Shown here: positions 39,965-55,510 of the stretch, in pieces
Position numbering within the stretch: the first letter of the stretch is position 1
Layout: each line of letters begins with the position of its first letter
DNA from: the human T2T-CHM13v2.0 reference genome, Homo sapiens
Direction: 5' to 3' (one strand)
Length of the DNA: 64,000 nt
Assembly (NCBI RefSeq): GCF_009914755.1
Contig: NC_060934.1
Position numbers and translations under genes: made by a program
The notes under the pieces: generated by a model
Told to the model about the DNA's origin: nothing
Databases searched by the model: none
Seen by the model: the letters and a program-made list of their open reading frames with translations, nothing else

Positions 39965-40324
39965 TGATATGGTTTGGCTGTGTCCCCGATGAAATCTCAC
40001 CTTGAATTGTAATAATCCCCATGTGTCAAGGGCAGGGCCAGGTGGAGAAAATTGAATCATTTGGACAGTTTCTCCCATACTGTTAGTATGTAGTGGTGAA
40101 TAAGTCTCTTGCGATCTAATGGTTTTATAAACAACAGTTCCCTTCACAAGCTCTCTTGCCTGCTGCCATGTAAGACATGCCTTTGCTCCTCCTTTTCCTT
40201 CTGCCATGATTATGAGGCTTCCCCAATCATGTGAAACTGAGTCCATTAAACAAACCTCTTTTTCTTTATCAATTACCCAGTTTTGGGTATGTCTTTATCA
40301 GCAGCATGAAAACGAACTGATATG
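39965..40324 (+). mobile_element. THE1 (B/C-like) solo LTR with 5-bp TSD
   Basis: tgatatggtttggctgtgtcccc start; TSD gccat at 39960-39964 and 40325-40329. Confidence 0.95.
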
Positions 40325-40821
40325 GCCATCTCTATACATGGAAAAGCAGTCGTCATATATCGCTAAGTGAAAAAATTAGGAGTCAGATGCCTCTATATGC
40401 ATGAAATGTATTTATATGTCATTTTTTGTCTTCAAGTAGGTGAGGTTTGTGATTTTTAAAACGTTTCTCTTTTTGTTTATCTATGCTTTCTAACTTTTTG
40501 TTAATAAATATGCATCACACTCATAATAAAATAAGTCAATAAACTTCCTTTATATTAAGTGTTAAATAAAAACAGACAAAATCAGCATGGGTTTAATGGA
40601 AACAAGGATCCGGCTAGGCTGGGAACTCCACCTGCCAAGCCTTTACCTGGGACGTGAGGTCGGCAGCTGAGGCAGGTTGGGGCAGGTTGAGGATCCTCAC
40701 CCTATTTTCATATCTTCTTTCTCTCTCTTCCTATACTTATTCCCTCTTCAGGTGCCATGAGCTCCCCTGTCTCAAGGTTTCCAGTGATTCAGGGAAAAGT
40801 ACCTTCATTCACACTGAATGG

Positions 40822-41483
<662 letters not shown>

Positions 41484-41849
41484 GTAACGTAAATGGAAAT
41501 AAAATAATATAATAACAAAACAGATATAAAAATAAAGCTATGTGAAATCAAAAAAAAATTACAAAGTAAAACAAGGCATACTTGTTAAACTTATTCTGCA
41601 GTAAAGTCATTTCAAAGACAACTAATTGTTTGAATCAGATATAGTGTCAATATACACTTCCTGTGCTATCAAAGTTAAAACAAAGTGAGTGAGATCTTCA
41701 TCCCCCACACCCCGCTGAAAAAAAAGAATCCCTAGGGCAGAGCAACTGGGGAAAGAGCACCCCACTCTGCAGGCCCCACTGGGATAACCTTCTGTTCCTT
41801 AATGTGTTAGGTGGCTCTAGGCTCCATCACTCATTCATTCACTCTATGT

Positions 41850-42208
41850 GGTGCAGTCCCTCGGGCTGCTGTAACGAAACACCATAACTGAGCAGCTTAT
41901 AAACAACAGACATCTATTTCTTATGGTAATGGAAGCTGGAAGTTCAAGATCCAGGTGTCAGCAGATTCAGTAATTGGTGAAGACCTGGTTTCTGGTTCAT
42001 AAACAGCCATCTTCTACCTGTGTCCTCACATGGCAGAAGGGGTAACAGAGTTCTCTGGGGTCTCTTTTATAAGTGCACTAATTCCATTCATGGGGGCTCC
42101 ATCCTCATGACCCAATTACCACCCAAAGACCTCACCTCCTAATATGATCACCTTAGGAATGAGGAGTTCAACACAGCAATTTGGAGGGAGACACATTCAG
42201 ACCAGAGT
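41850..42208 (-). mobile_element. MLT1A0-like solo LTR
   Basis: gggctgctgtaac...gcttataaacaacaga...tgtcctcacatggcagaagggg...acacattcagacc. Confidence 0.88.
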
Positions 42209-42644
42209 CCAGGAATTTCTGAGAGCACACACAGAACCACATTGGAAAGGGCCACTACGCAGCTACTTGGACATCCAAAGAAATCTCACCTTGATGTCTC
42301 AATGGGAACATCAGGTTTTAAGGCATTCATTTCTTTCAGAATCGTTGATCTTTCATCTTTTCATGATACCAGAGGTTATAATTAAATCACAATAAACTTT
42401 CTTTACAGGTGAAAGTTTCAATATTTCCACCTCTCAAAATCCAAATTAAGTTTTTCCCAACTTTTCTTTCCTAACAATGAGAAGACCCATTCTTGGCAAG
42501 TGATACCATGTGGAATATCAAGGTGTATATATCTTCTTACGGTGCAAATTCCTAAGACCCTCAGTGTTTGGTTGCCCAGGGAAATGCAGCCTTTAAAGAG
42601 TTAACTCCTGCCTGTGGCTCTTCCAGAGAATTCTAAAGCATCCT

Positions 42645-42957
42645 TGACCACGTGCAGTGGCTCACACCTGTAATCCCAGCACTTTGGGAGGCAGATCACT
42701 TGAGGTCAGGAGTTCAAGACCAGCCTAGCCAACATGGCAAAACCCCATCTCTACTAAAAATACAAAAATTAGTCAGGCGTGGTAGCAGATGCCTGTAATC
42801 ACAGCTACTCAGGAGGCTGAGGCAGGAGAATTGCTTGAACCCAGGAGGTGAGGTTGCAGTGAGCCAGGATCGGGCAACAGAGCAAGACTCCGTCCCAAAA
42901 AAAAAAAAAAAAAAAAAAAAGAAAAAGAAAAAGAAAAAAGAAAGAAGAAAAAAAGAA
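42645..42957 (+). mobile_element. AluS with internal deletions and a long A-rich tail
   Basis: Approximate TSD aattctaaagcatcc / aattttaaaacatcc. Confidence 0.9.
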
Positions 42958-44001
42958 ATTTTAAAACATCCAGGGAACAAACAGATTCCTCTTACAGGTT
43001 AAATCCCAGACTTTCTTTTACCAGGTCTTGCGCTTTGTGGTGCGGAGGTAGAACATAAAGTCATCAGGGAGAAAACGCAAAGTCAGCAACCTCCCCTTTC
43101 TCCCATTCTAAACTTCATGGCAGCCCCTCCCAATGTAGCATTTTCCTACTTTGTCTCTATCTTTCATTGTCAATACCTGTGCTCAGAGCAAAAACAGATT
43201 AATCAGTCATTTATAGCATGATAGGAATAAATGCAAAGTGTCACCTCCATCAGAGCATCTGCCTGCTGTGCTTCATCATGGATGGTGATGAGGAGCCCTT
43301 CCTCACTTCTGAAGACCTCACCCCCTGTTCTTCTGGAAGGATGGGAGCCTCACACCACCCTTCTCTCATCTCTGAAGAAGGACCTCAGTTTACATTCAAG
43401 AGGTAAGAGAGGAAAAACATGGATTTCAATATAAAAGTTGTGACTAATGGTTTTTGTAATCAGTTTCCCTGATATTAGTCATGGAGTCTGAATCATATTT
43501 CCATGGGAATCCAAGTCAGCTGATTCCTGTAGGCTATGTTTTTATTTTATAGCTAGTTGTTATAATAGCATTGCATAAGCAAAAAGGAATAACCAGAGAA
43601 GGTGAGTCATGAACGTGAAGAAAAATCCCATTTTACGCTCTAAAACATCAGCAGAAGCTCTGATTCTCCCCTGAGTTTCCCATTTAAAAAAAATGTTCTT
43701 TTGCATGTGAAGCCTGATGTGCAGAGAGAGATTACACCGTATACTGAATAACACTTTAAGGAGTATTACGTATTAGCTGAGGGTTGGAACTTGGGAAGGG
43801 CAGGCACCATGGCTTCTATGTGCCCCCTTGCCAGCAAGGTGGCAGCACCAGGTGGACTGGAGGAAATGTGGCACTAAGAGGCTTTCCCATTTCAACATGG
43901 GAAGCTGAGAAACGCAAAGCCATCATAATCTGTCAGGACCCTAAGAAGCAACCAGGACTCTTCAAGCCTCAGGGAGATTCCGGGAAAATGGTAGTTGGCA
44001 C

Positions 44002-44364
44002 TGATATTGTTTGGCTCTGTGTCCCCACCCAAATCTCATCTTAAATTGTAACCCCCACGTGTGGAGGGAGAGGCCTGGTGGGAGGTGATTGGATCATAGG
44101 TATGGTTTCCCCCATGCTGTTCTCATGAGAATGAGGGAGTTCTCAGGAGATCTAATGGTTTAAAAGTAGCAGTTTCCCCTGAACTCTCTCTCTCCTGATG
44201 CCTTGTGAAGAAGGTGCCTTCCTCCCCTTCACCTTCTGCTATGATTTTAAGTTTCCTGAGGCCTCCCCAGCCATGCAGAACTGTGGGTCAATTAAACCTC
44301 TATTCCTTATAAATTACCCAGTCACAGGCATTTCTTCATAGCAGTGTGAGAACGGACTAATACA
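44002..44364 (+). mobile_element. THE1D/MSTA-like solo LTR with perfect TSD
   Basis: TG...CA ends; TSD ggcac at 43997-44001 and 44365-44369. Confidence 0.95.
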
Positions 44365-44928
44365 GGCACCACTATCTAAAGAGCAAGAAATGCTTTGGAA
44401 ACAAGGTCACCTCTCCTATGATACTAGCATATATGGTTGACCCTCATTCTGTGTGTATTGAAATTGAATTTAATTAAGTTGCCCATTTTCAAGAGTTTTC
44501 TGGGCTGACTTGGCCACCTATATTTCGAAAGGATGTAGAAAATGAACAAGACCTTGGATGGATTTTTCAGGGTGCAAGGAAATTTCATTCAAGCACTAAG
44601 TACTATTTTCCACAGAGGCACTTTGAGGCTGCCTTGGTGGGGTGGGAGAGGCTGAGCAGGTAAAGCTCTGGCCATGGTCTCTTTCCTTGGAGCCCACATC
44701 CAGCATCAACCAGAAGCTCCCCATGGTTAGACATGCTGGAATTGCAGTACATTTTTTGTCTGAATCAGAACTGCTGAAAGTTTGAAAGCCACCAGCCTAT
44801 AGTGTCCCTAGATATTTCCTTTACAGTTCTATGCTTATTCATTTTCATGGACTGTTCACCTCCCAGCTTCTCCTGATGCCACTGTAAGGGATGAACATGG
44901 GGAAAGAAAGGACAGCAGCAATGGGAGA

Positions 44929-45736
<808 letters not shown>

Positions 45737-46949
45737 GGGCCAAAGGCAGGAAAGACATTGGTGACTGTTTATTACAGTGTTATCTCTCGAGCTGGGCCGT
45801 GTAGAAAGTGATGCTAACAAAAAAGTGAAGTTTGAGTTTTTCTTTAATATAAAAACAATTCCCCAAGTAGGCTAAGTGAACCTGTCTACCGGGGTCCACC
45901 AGGATTGCACAGTGGAGCACACCCACAAACAACAAACAAGGCGGGCATGTTCCCATGAGGTCAAACCCCTGCTGCCCTCACCAGCCCGCTTGGCCTGGAC
46001 ATTGCTGGGCAGTAATGACACATGCTCTGAATGGCCGCTAGGCGAGCACTGATCCCACCCGATTCTCCGGGAGCTCTGGTTTTGACATCAGCACCTGTCT
46101 TAGAAGAGTACTGAATTCTTCCTTGCAGAGGAATTTGGAAAGACTCACCTGCTCCTTAGTGGATGGCCTTAAAAAACCTTTGAGGTGGTAACCCTGCCTC
46201 CTTCTCCGGCGCTTTGCTCACCTCTTCCGGGTCACATTCCACGTTTTCCCCCGCAGTGCCTGCCACATCTCTCCTACTTCCTGACCTTTTTGCAGGTGGC
46301 TTCTCTCTCCTGGAACCCCCTTTCCCCTCCTCCCTGCCACCCATCTTGCTAAGTGCTGCTTGTCCTCTGCATCTCAGGTGTCTCCTCGAGGAAGCTCCTC
46401 TGACCATCCAAGATGAGCTAAGGTCTCCCTTCCTTGAGCCCCTGTGGCACCCTGTGCTGGCTGCCCAAAAAAGCACTTGTCTACAGTATGGAAAGTGCCT
46501 GTCTGCCCTCTGGACCCCATGCATCTTGGTATAGGACCCATGCCTGGCTCACTGTGGGCCCCCAGTGATCAGTGCTCATGTAGCACAGAGTCACCTCTGG
46601 AAGCACTTTATTACATAATTGAATGGGGCAAATGTCATTGTTAGAGTAGGCTATTAAAAGCCTGGTTCGAAGGTAATCAGAGTCTCAAATAAGATAATGG
46701 CAGGGATGATAGGCAGCAATCGATCCATAGGGAGAGATGTTTAGGAAATAGAATTGTCAACGTTTAGCGACAGGACATGTGGGGTGATGGAGAATAAAGA
46801 CTCAAAGTTTTCTAGATTTCATGATTTGGGTCAGCCCATGGTATAGAAAACAAATGAGTGAGTGAGTGAATGAATGAATAAATGAAGAGATGAATCCTCC
46901 CCATAATGCTCCATTCTCTGGTGGCCAGTGGGGAGGTGAGAGTTGCTAT

Positions 46950-47105
46950 TGGCCTAGGAGGTAGATTATCTGGACTCCAGACCTCTCTCTGCCATAGGTG
47001 TGTTTTTGAGCTATGGGCAAGTCGTTGATAATATCTGAGCTCAGTTTCTTTATTTGGAAAATGCAAGGGTTGGGTGAGTTATTGCCTGAGGTTCCTTTGA
47101 GCCCC
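46950..47105 (+). mobile_element. MIR, with degraded L2 pieces at about 46200-46890 upstream
   Basis: gggcaagtc...ctgagctcagtttctttatttggaaaatg. Confidence 0.6.
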
Positions 47106-47679
47106 ATCATCCTCTCTCTTTCTCCCCTGCTTGCGGAGTGATTTGGGTTCTTATTTAACTTAAGTGCAATGGACATAGCTCTTCTCAAAGGGAACTTGGG
47201 AATCTTCTAGGATACAAGCATTTTCCAGCAGAATTGGGGCGTCCCTAGATGCAGAATGTGATATCCATTTTTGCAATTAGATACTTTGGGAAACTTGGCT
47301 CTGAGGGCAGAACTGATCTAAAACCCAGCACTCAGCAACATCAATTGCCACCTTGGGCTTACAAAGAAGAGAATCTGCAACTAGTAACAGTAATTTTAAA
47401 TAACCACTCTGAATAGATTTGTGTACACATCTGCTTTTCCTGAAGGGACCTGAGATGTGTCCTCAGAGAATGACACCAGCACTTAGCCAGCACCACTCAC
47501 TCCGAAGAACGTCACAGCAGCAACGGATGGTGGAAGAAAAGTCTGCCGCGGGTTTGCAGTGTCTTTTTCAGACCATCCCACAGAAACTTCTGCTCCTAAG
47601 TCCTAGCAGGGGAGCATGTGTTTGCAAGGTCCATCATCCTTTTTTCTCTTATAAGAAGGCTGAATTGAAACCTGCACAG

Positions 47680-48096
47680 CAGTGGGACACAATGGGTCAT
47701 GTCTGTACTCCCAGCAATTTGTGGGGCTGAGGATGCAGGATCTCTTGAGCCCAGGAGTTCGAGATCAGCCTGGGCAACATAGCAAGACTCTGTCTCTATG
47801 AAAATGTTTTTAAAAATTAGCTGGGGATGGTGGCACACGCCTGTGGTCCCAGTTACTTGGAACGCTGAGGCAGGAGGATTACTTGAGCCCAGGAGACCAG
47901 CCTGTCTCTACAAAAAATGAAAAAAAAAAAAATAGCTGGGCATGTGGTTCATGCCTGTCGTCCCAGCTACTTAGGGGACTTAAGGTGGGAGGGTCACTTA
48001 CGCCTGAGTTTGAGGCTGTGATTGCATTCACTTTAGTCTGGGTAACAGAGCAAGACCCTAATAAAAGTTTTTTTTTTTTTTTTTTTTAAAGAAAGG
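47680..48096 (+). mobile_element. Trimeric AluJ-like composite inside a single TSD
   Basis: Left arm, partial right arm, second A-rich linker, right arm; aacctgcacag at 47669-47679 and 48097-48107. Confidence 0.8.
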
Positions 48097-48449
48097 AACC
48101 TGCACAGTGAGGTGCTCCATCACAGCCACACAACTCTGTCAACACAAACCAGCCTACTTAAGTCTCTTATTCTCCATATGTCAGACCCAGCATGGAAAGA
48201 CACCCCTAGATAGGGGGAAATGGAACCAAACAAGGAGCCACACAGATGGGCAAGAGACTGCAGGGTTGCAAGGCAAGGCCTTTGCCACATTGACCAGATG
48301 GTATTTTCCAGGAGGAGAAAGATCTGATTTGAAGACAAGAAGGAGAAAATGACCTCTTAAATTTGGGAATTGAAGACAATAAAAGAGATGTTAAATTATC
48401 TGCATTCTTGTAGAAATACAGTTCAGTGAAACAGTTAAGATCAAGAGCT

Positions 48450-48613
48450 GTGCCAACTATGGTGGCTCACACCTATAATCCCAGCAACTCGGGAGGCCGA
48501 GGTAGATTTGCTTAAGTCTAGGAGTTCAAGCCTGCAGTGAACTATTACCATGTCACTGTACTCCAGCCTGGGTGACAGAGCGAGACCCCCAATTCTAAAC
48601 AAAACAAAAAAAA
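48450..48613 (+). mobile_element. FRAM/FAM-type Alu monomer inserted in a MIR (about 48420-48800)
   Basis: Single monomer with ggagttcaagcctgcagtgaactat; flanks gatcaagagc / gatcaagggt. Confidence 0.8.
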
Positions 48614-50427
48614 GGATCAAGGGTTCTGAAATTCATATCAAGGTTTAACCACTGCTGACCTCTATAACCTTGCACAAGAGACTCAACATCTCTCCAAGCT
48701 GCATGTTCTCACCTGCAAAGCATGAGAAACAATAGGAACAATCTCCTAGGGATGTTGCAAGAATCAAAAAAGCTAAGGATGGTCGAAGTGCTTATAACTA
48801 TTAACCACCATAAATCCTCAATCAGGGCAAGGAATGATCATCAGTCAAGGGGCATACACAAGTAAGAACAGAATCATCTTTAACCTGAAATTCCTCTTTT
48901 TAAATGGGAAACAGTATATACTTTTCTGGGTTATTGATTATGATTTCTATATTTTCAGACCCCAAAATCAGATCAAGTGCTTTCTGAAGTTCACATTACT
49001 TCTGAAACAATGGAACAAAGCATTTTAAATAAACGTGACTCAGACAATTCAGAACATATGGTCGTCATAATGTGTGTCCGTGTTGAACTATCCCTGAAAA
49101 GAGCATGGAGCACTAAGCATTTAACAGTAAATGAATTACTCACAATCACATGAAAATATATAGACCAAGAAACAGTCTTGCATCGAACACCATCAGTGCC
49201 TTAAATTTAACTACTGGGGCCAACCTCTTGTGAACAGACAGATTTGCATCTTTTTTGTCTTACCTGCCTAGTACAAGGCAACAGGGTATAACTCAAGCCA
49301 GAGATTTTGAATAAAACAATAACGAAAACTTGCTATCATAATCATTTCAGAAGGGGTGGCCCACTGCAACAGAATTCCCAGCTTTCTAGGTCACCCATTG
49401 TTCTTGGAGAGGTGGTGAACTTTACTGCATTTTGGAAAGAACAAGAAGTGTCCTCAATGCCAATTCTCAGACATGACAAAAACACTAGTAACAGTTTGTC
49501 AAGAGAAAAACACACCATGACATAAACATTTATAGATAAAGTTTTTGCTAAGGTTTAATATTATTCTAAACATATTTCAAGGGTTTCTTTTAAAATGTAT
49601 GTTTGGGGGGATTTCTTTTCACTGATGTGTGGGGAGGCTGAGCTCCATGCTCACCTACAAGGGAAGAGAAGGAGAAGTACACTCTTCAACTTTCAGAACA
49701 CAATAGTAAAGCTTCGAGCACGGAATAAATATTGAAACGAATTTTCACACTGGGAAATCTACTCACAATAAGTAAGTAGGATGGAGAAGGAAATGAAAGG
49801 GCCCCATTTTTCAGCGTCAACACAATACGTACAAATCCTCAGGCTCACCAGATGAATCTTTGTGCAGACTGTGTCGCTTGGGTGTTAGCATGGAGATGAC
49901 AGAGAGTGATTTTCAAAGAATATGTACAGCCTCTGCAGCCTAAATTGAGTGGAATAAGATCTGAGTGAAAAGCAAGCGCAGTCAATAATAGCCAGGGCCG
50001 GCCATCGAAAGCTTCTCAGAGGAGAACCCAGCGGTGAGTAAGAAGTAGAGAACATTCTTACCTCGCTTAATCCCCCAGACCACGTTCCAGCCATCTGCTG
50101 TGGAATTACATTCAAAACTAAAGTAGGTCATAGAATTGTTAATGAGAACACAGGAACTTCAGGGTTCTAGAGATCTATCCTTCAGTTTCTTCTTTTGGAA
50201 AATGAGAGGCTCTTAAGTGCTCCCCTCAGAGGATTTTTGCAGGGATTGAATGAGCGAGTCTGTACAAAGCACTGGGAATAGTGCCCGGCACAGAGCAGGA
50301 GGCTCTCCAGGGTGAGCGCTCTGTTTGCACTCATGGCTTTCATTGCCACCCTGATTGCTGTTCTTCACCTCTCCCGGCCTCCTGTCTGCAGAGGGCTTGG
50401 TGACAGCCACAGCCACAGGTTCCTAGA

Positions 50428-50741
<314 letters not shown>

Positions 50742-52532
50742 CATAAATTCACTTTTCAAAATAGCTAGGGTTCTTTTATTTCTTCAAGGCCAACTTTGTG
50801 TAGACTACATTAGCACATATAGGTAAACTGAAAACCCCACTGAGGAATGAGAGGTAGACTTGGTCATAAATGTCAGGGGGTACTGGAAGGCCCTGCGAGA
50901 GCTTCAGCAGGAAGGATCTGCCAAACCCAAGTTGATGAAGAAACCTAGCTATCATCATGGAAGTCAAGAAGATTTAATTAGGAATCCACACTGATTTAGC
51001 AGGACGCTGATCATGGCAGTCTCTGCTGCCGTGGATCTGAAAATGGCTCTTCGTGTTTTACACCCCCATTCCCACCCCCAGATGTCTACTGTGAAAACTG
51101 CCACTTTTCACCATCATTTGTAACACCTGGATTATCAGACGCTATCTTTTCTGAAAAGCAGCCTATATTTATTTCGGTTGAGTTTGGAAAATTTCTGGTG
51201 AAGAACTTTATCAATGTTGTCACCAGTATACCTTATCACCTTCAAGCAAATTGCCAGGCCGATAGGGTGGGGTGGATTACCCAGGAGCCCTCCAGCTGAG
51301 CAGCTCTAAAGTTGGAGGAGACTGGCCAACAAGACTCACCAAATTCTTATCACACGCTTTGTTAGTAGCAAGGAATCAGCATGTTGAAATGCTGTTACGA
51401 TTCATGACTCACCTTCACAGCCTCCATTCAGACCTTGAGAAACGCTTCCAAAAACTGCAGGAATGATTTCTGAAGGCTGCTCTGGCTATACTTTTTTGTT
51501 CGTGTCTACCAAGAGTCTTTTCCAAGCCGCATTGCGTTCATTATTGAACAAGAATTCCCTGTGTTCCTCAAGTTCCCATGAACAAACAAAGCCCCTATAG
51601 CATTGTCATGGGAACCTACAGAAAAGATCACAGCAGTGGTACTTATGAAGCAACTCTTCTAGAACCATCTGATATTGACTATTGAGCTGCTTCTCCCGAG
51701 AACGTCGTCAAGGCCACGAAAGGAACAAACAAAAAGAACTCTTTTATTTCTGGTCATAGCGACTGCAGCACTGGAACAACCTGACATACATACACCCACT
51801 TGAAAACATTTTGTAATTTGTCCAGTTAAAGATTCCACTTCTTACGTTTTTTAGGTGTGCCCAGCTGAGCCACTTACTCTAACAATATTTTTATGGTTTC
51901 ATATAACCATCCCCTATCACAAAGGTGTTGCTTGAATTTCAGTACAGGTATTCGGGCGTGTAAAACACAGAAAGAGAATTGCCAATCTTCCTGTACACTC
52001 CAGGCATCAGCACCTTGAGAGAAGAGCTCATTAGCAAGAAGAGAGGAAAATCCAATTTCCAACATGTAGTCTTTTGGCTGCAAATGTTGATAGCAATTTC
52101 AGTCATTAGTCTCTTTCATAAGTGCTGAAATTATTATAGTAACAGAATGGCCAACGGGCAACCTCACCTCAGGCTCATTCTTGCAACCGCTACCTAAGCC
52201 TGATGATTTCTCTTTCAAAATAATTACAGGAGCAGCCATGCTGGCCATGAGGAAAGATGGGACCTTACACACTCACTCTTCAACCTGGGCCAAGAAAGAG
52301 TCTGCTTTATTATTCTTTTCTGTTAGGATCAAGGAATATGGTTTTTTGTATGTTTGTTTCTGCAACATAGAATCCCCATTGGCTTTTAGAAGAATTATTT
52401 GCTCATAAAGGGAAGGAACAGGGTAGGAGCAAACAACGTTTTTTTTTTTTATTTTTGGTTGGCAATATCTTTCTAGCAGATTTTGCAGACTTACAGACAT
52501 GCCTGTGAGAGCCAATATCGTGTGATGGTTAA

Positions 52533-52848
<316 letters not shown>

Positions 52849-53177
52849 AAGAGTGGGCTTCTTAGAGTCAGCCAGCCCTAGGTTTGAGTTCAGGTTCTCC
52901 CCATAATAGTTGCATCTTCTTGGGCAAGTGATTTAATGCTTCTGCACCTCCCTTTTCTGAACTGTGAAATTAGTATACAGTAGACCCTGATTCGTAATGT
53001 TGTGAAGATGCAGTAAGTTATGCATAGCACCTGGTACATGACGAGCACTCAATAAACAGCAGCTTTTATCACTGTTATATTTATAACAGCTTCCGTCGTT
53101 CCTGTGGCAACAGCTGCTCAGATCAGAAATCTATTGCTTCTCTGATCTTTATGGGGGGATGGGGGTCTTCTCACCCG

Positions 53178-53196
53178 ACACCTCTAGAGGGCAGCA
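53178..53196 (+). promoter_or_regulatory. Candidate CTCF site
   Basis: acaCCTCTAGAGGGCAGca matches the CCASYAGRKGGCRS core at 13/14, outside recognisable TE. Confidence 0.5.
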
Positions 53197-53575
53197 ATGC
53201 GCAGTGACCTTCGATGCTCCCTAATGGGAAATGAAGTCTACTGAGCTCTTCAGGGAAGTTTACTAGGAGTTTTGATTTGTTCTGTTTGAGATACCAAGAC
53301 AAACAAACCTGTATGACACAATTAATGTCATAGCCTTGGGGATATAGGTGGCATTTCAACAACGACAAAAATGTAACATTAACAATAATATAATTAGAGT
53401 ACCATAATTGAGGGCCTGCTCTGCAACAAGTATGATACTACTTCATCACTAGTCCCCACAACGACCCTGCAAGGTTGACATGCTAACCCTCATTTTACAT
53501 GTGTAGACACCGAGATTCCTAGATGTGAAGGAATTTTCTTTTTATAAGGATATTCTTGATGCCAAAAAAAGAATG

Positions 53576-53960
<385 letters not shown>

Positions 53961-54009
53961 TCAGGTTCTTTCTGTTCCACTGCATTGGCGGTAGAGTTTA
54001 CCAGTCGTC

Positions 54010-54230
54010 TTATGTTAAGTTGCACCACAGTGACAAGCAACCCCAAACCCTGGTGGCCTGCAGTCACAGAGGGTTATCCTCACTCATGCTGTGTGCCATG
54101 GATCTGACGATCCAGCTCTGCTCTGTGCGTTCTCGATTCCAGGAGCCAGCTGGAAGAGCAGCTACATCTGAGACTTAACTATTCTGATGGCAGAGAGAAA
54201 ATACCAATGACGGAGGCCCCTGCTGACTCT
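54010..54230 (-). mobile_element. Old MLT1 (K/L-like) LTR fragment
   Basis: gtgacaagcaaccccaaaccctggtggc...ctctgctctgtg...gagcagctacatctg. Confidence 0.55.
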
Positions 54231-54244
54231 TGGTCAAGTCTTTT

Positions 54245-54720
54245 ATTCATTCAGTCCTTTAAAAATACATTTATTAAGCCACTGTATGTACTACCACAGT
54301 CCCTCCTCTTATGTAGCTTACAGTCTTATGCAAACAATCAACTTGTTAAACCTATAAGGTAAGTACATTAAAAGAAAGTAACACTGGATCATGAGGATGC
54401 ATCACGGAAGAATTTCATCTGGTCTCGGTGGGCAGGGAAATAGCATCAAAGAAGACTTCTCCAGAAAAGTGTCCTTTGAACTAAGATCTAAAGGATGTAT
54501 AAGAATTAACTATGCAAAGGAAGCCAAGAAGGCAGAGAATTGTGTGTGCAAAGGTCCTGTGGCAGGGAGAGGTTGATTCATTCAGGGCACTGGAAAAGAA
54601 AAGGCAGGATCATGGGAGTAAAGTGAACAAGTGGTGGGAAATGGTGTTGGGGAAGCTTTATGGGCCAAGGCTCTTGGCCATTTCCTACATACCTGGGAAG
54701 CTGTTGAAAGATTTTAAGTC
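54245..54720 (-). mobile_element. L2 fragment
   Basis: ttcattcag...catttattaagccactg...tgtgtgcaaaggtcctgtggcagg. Confidence 0.7.
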
Positions 54721-54789
54721 ATTCAACAATATTTACTTTCCTAGATGGGGAAAATATTACCTTCTAGGTCAGCCAACCTCGTAAGTAGT

Positions 54790-55510
54790 GATGAATTAAT
54801 TACTAAAAGTGGACTCTAGTAATGGCATCTGATGGAGACATTTTGTCGGGCAGTATTGATACTTCCTCAACATAATTACTGAGCCATTGAGAAGAAATAT
54901 ATGTGCTTCTGGGATAAGGCTGTATTCCTCACATAACTTTAGAAAGAAGGGAGAATGTAAAAGATCATTTGAAAGAGGCAGAAATGTAGATGGTTTCATC
55001 AATTACTTGATGGAACTTCAATCCCTTTTTTTCAGAGTTGGATCACAATGTATATAAAACAGTGCCCTGTGAAGAGGGAATTTTTGTAATTGAGTCACAC
55101 ACCTGCTGTTCTTTCTAGGAGCCAATCGGCTCCATGAGAATAGAGTAAAAAAGATACGTGCTACCAGTTTGATATTGGAAATTTTGTGAAGTCTAATCTA
55201 AAATAGGCTTCAAATTCTCCCCTACTCCAAACACACCCCTGCTACGACCCATGATTCCACCTGATAAAGATTAGAGAGTTAAACAGAAACATATTTTCAT
55301 TCTTTCTTCCAAATACCAACACCTGGACCCTTCCATGAATTTATCTATTTGTAGGGTAAGGCAATCACTTCCCTTAATCTTACAAAGCGGCTGTTCCAAG
55401 ACATTAATTGCCCTGTCATTTATATGTCTCAAAATGGTGCCATTTGACAGTGGCACACACTTGAATTTGTTTGCTGTGTCAGATTGTGTTCCACTGGTTA
55501 CCACTTTGCA
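54790..55510 (-). mobile_element. Fossil hAT (Charlie/Buster-like) transposase coding fragment
   Basis: Collinear motifs across frameshifts: KFKCVPLSNGTILRHI, LTLQID, SHGA (for TDGA), HCFI(Y/H), FLKLCEE. Confidence 0.7.

Noticed and set aside
43826-43860. Two overlapping CTCF-like words (cagcaaggtggcag, gcaccaggtggac)
   Set aside because: Each misses key core positions; much weaker than the 53181 site.
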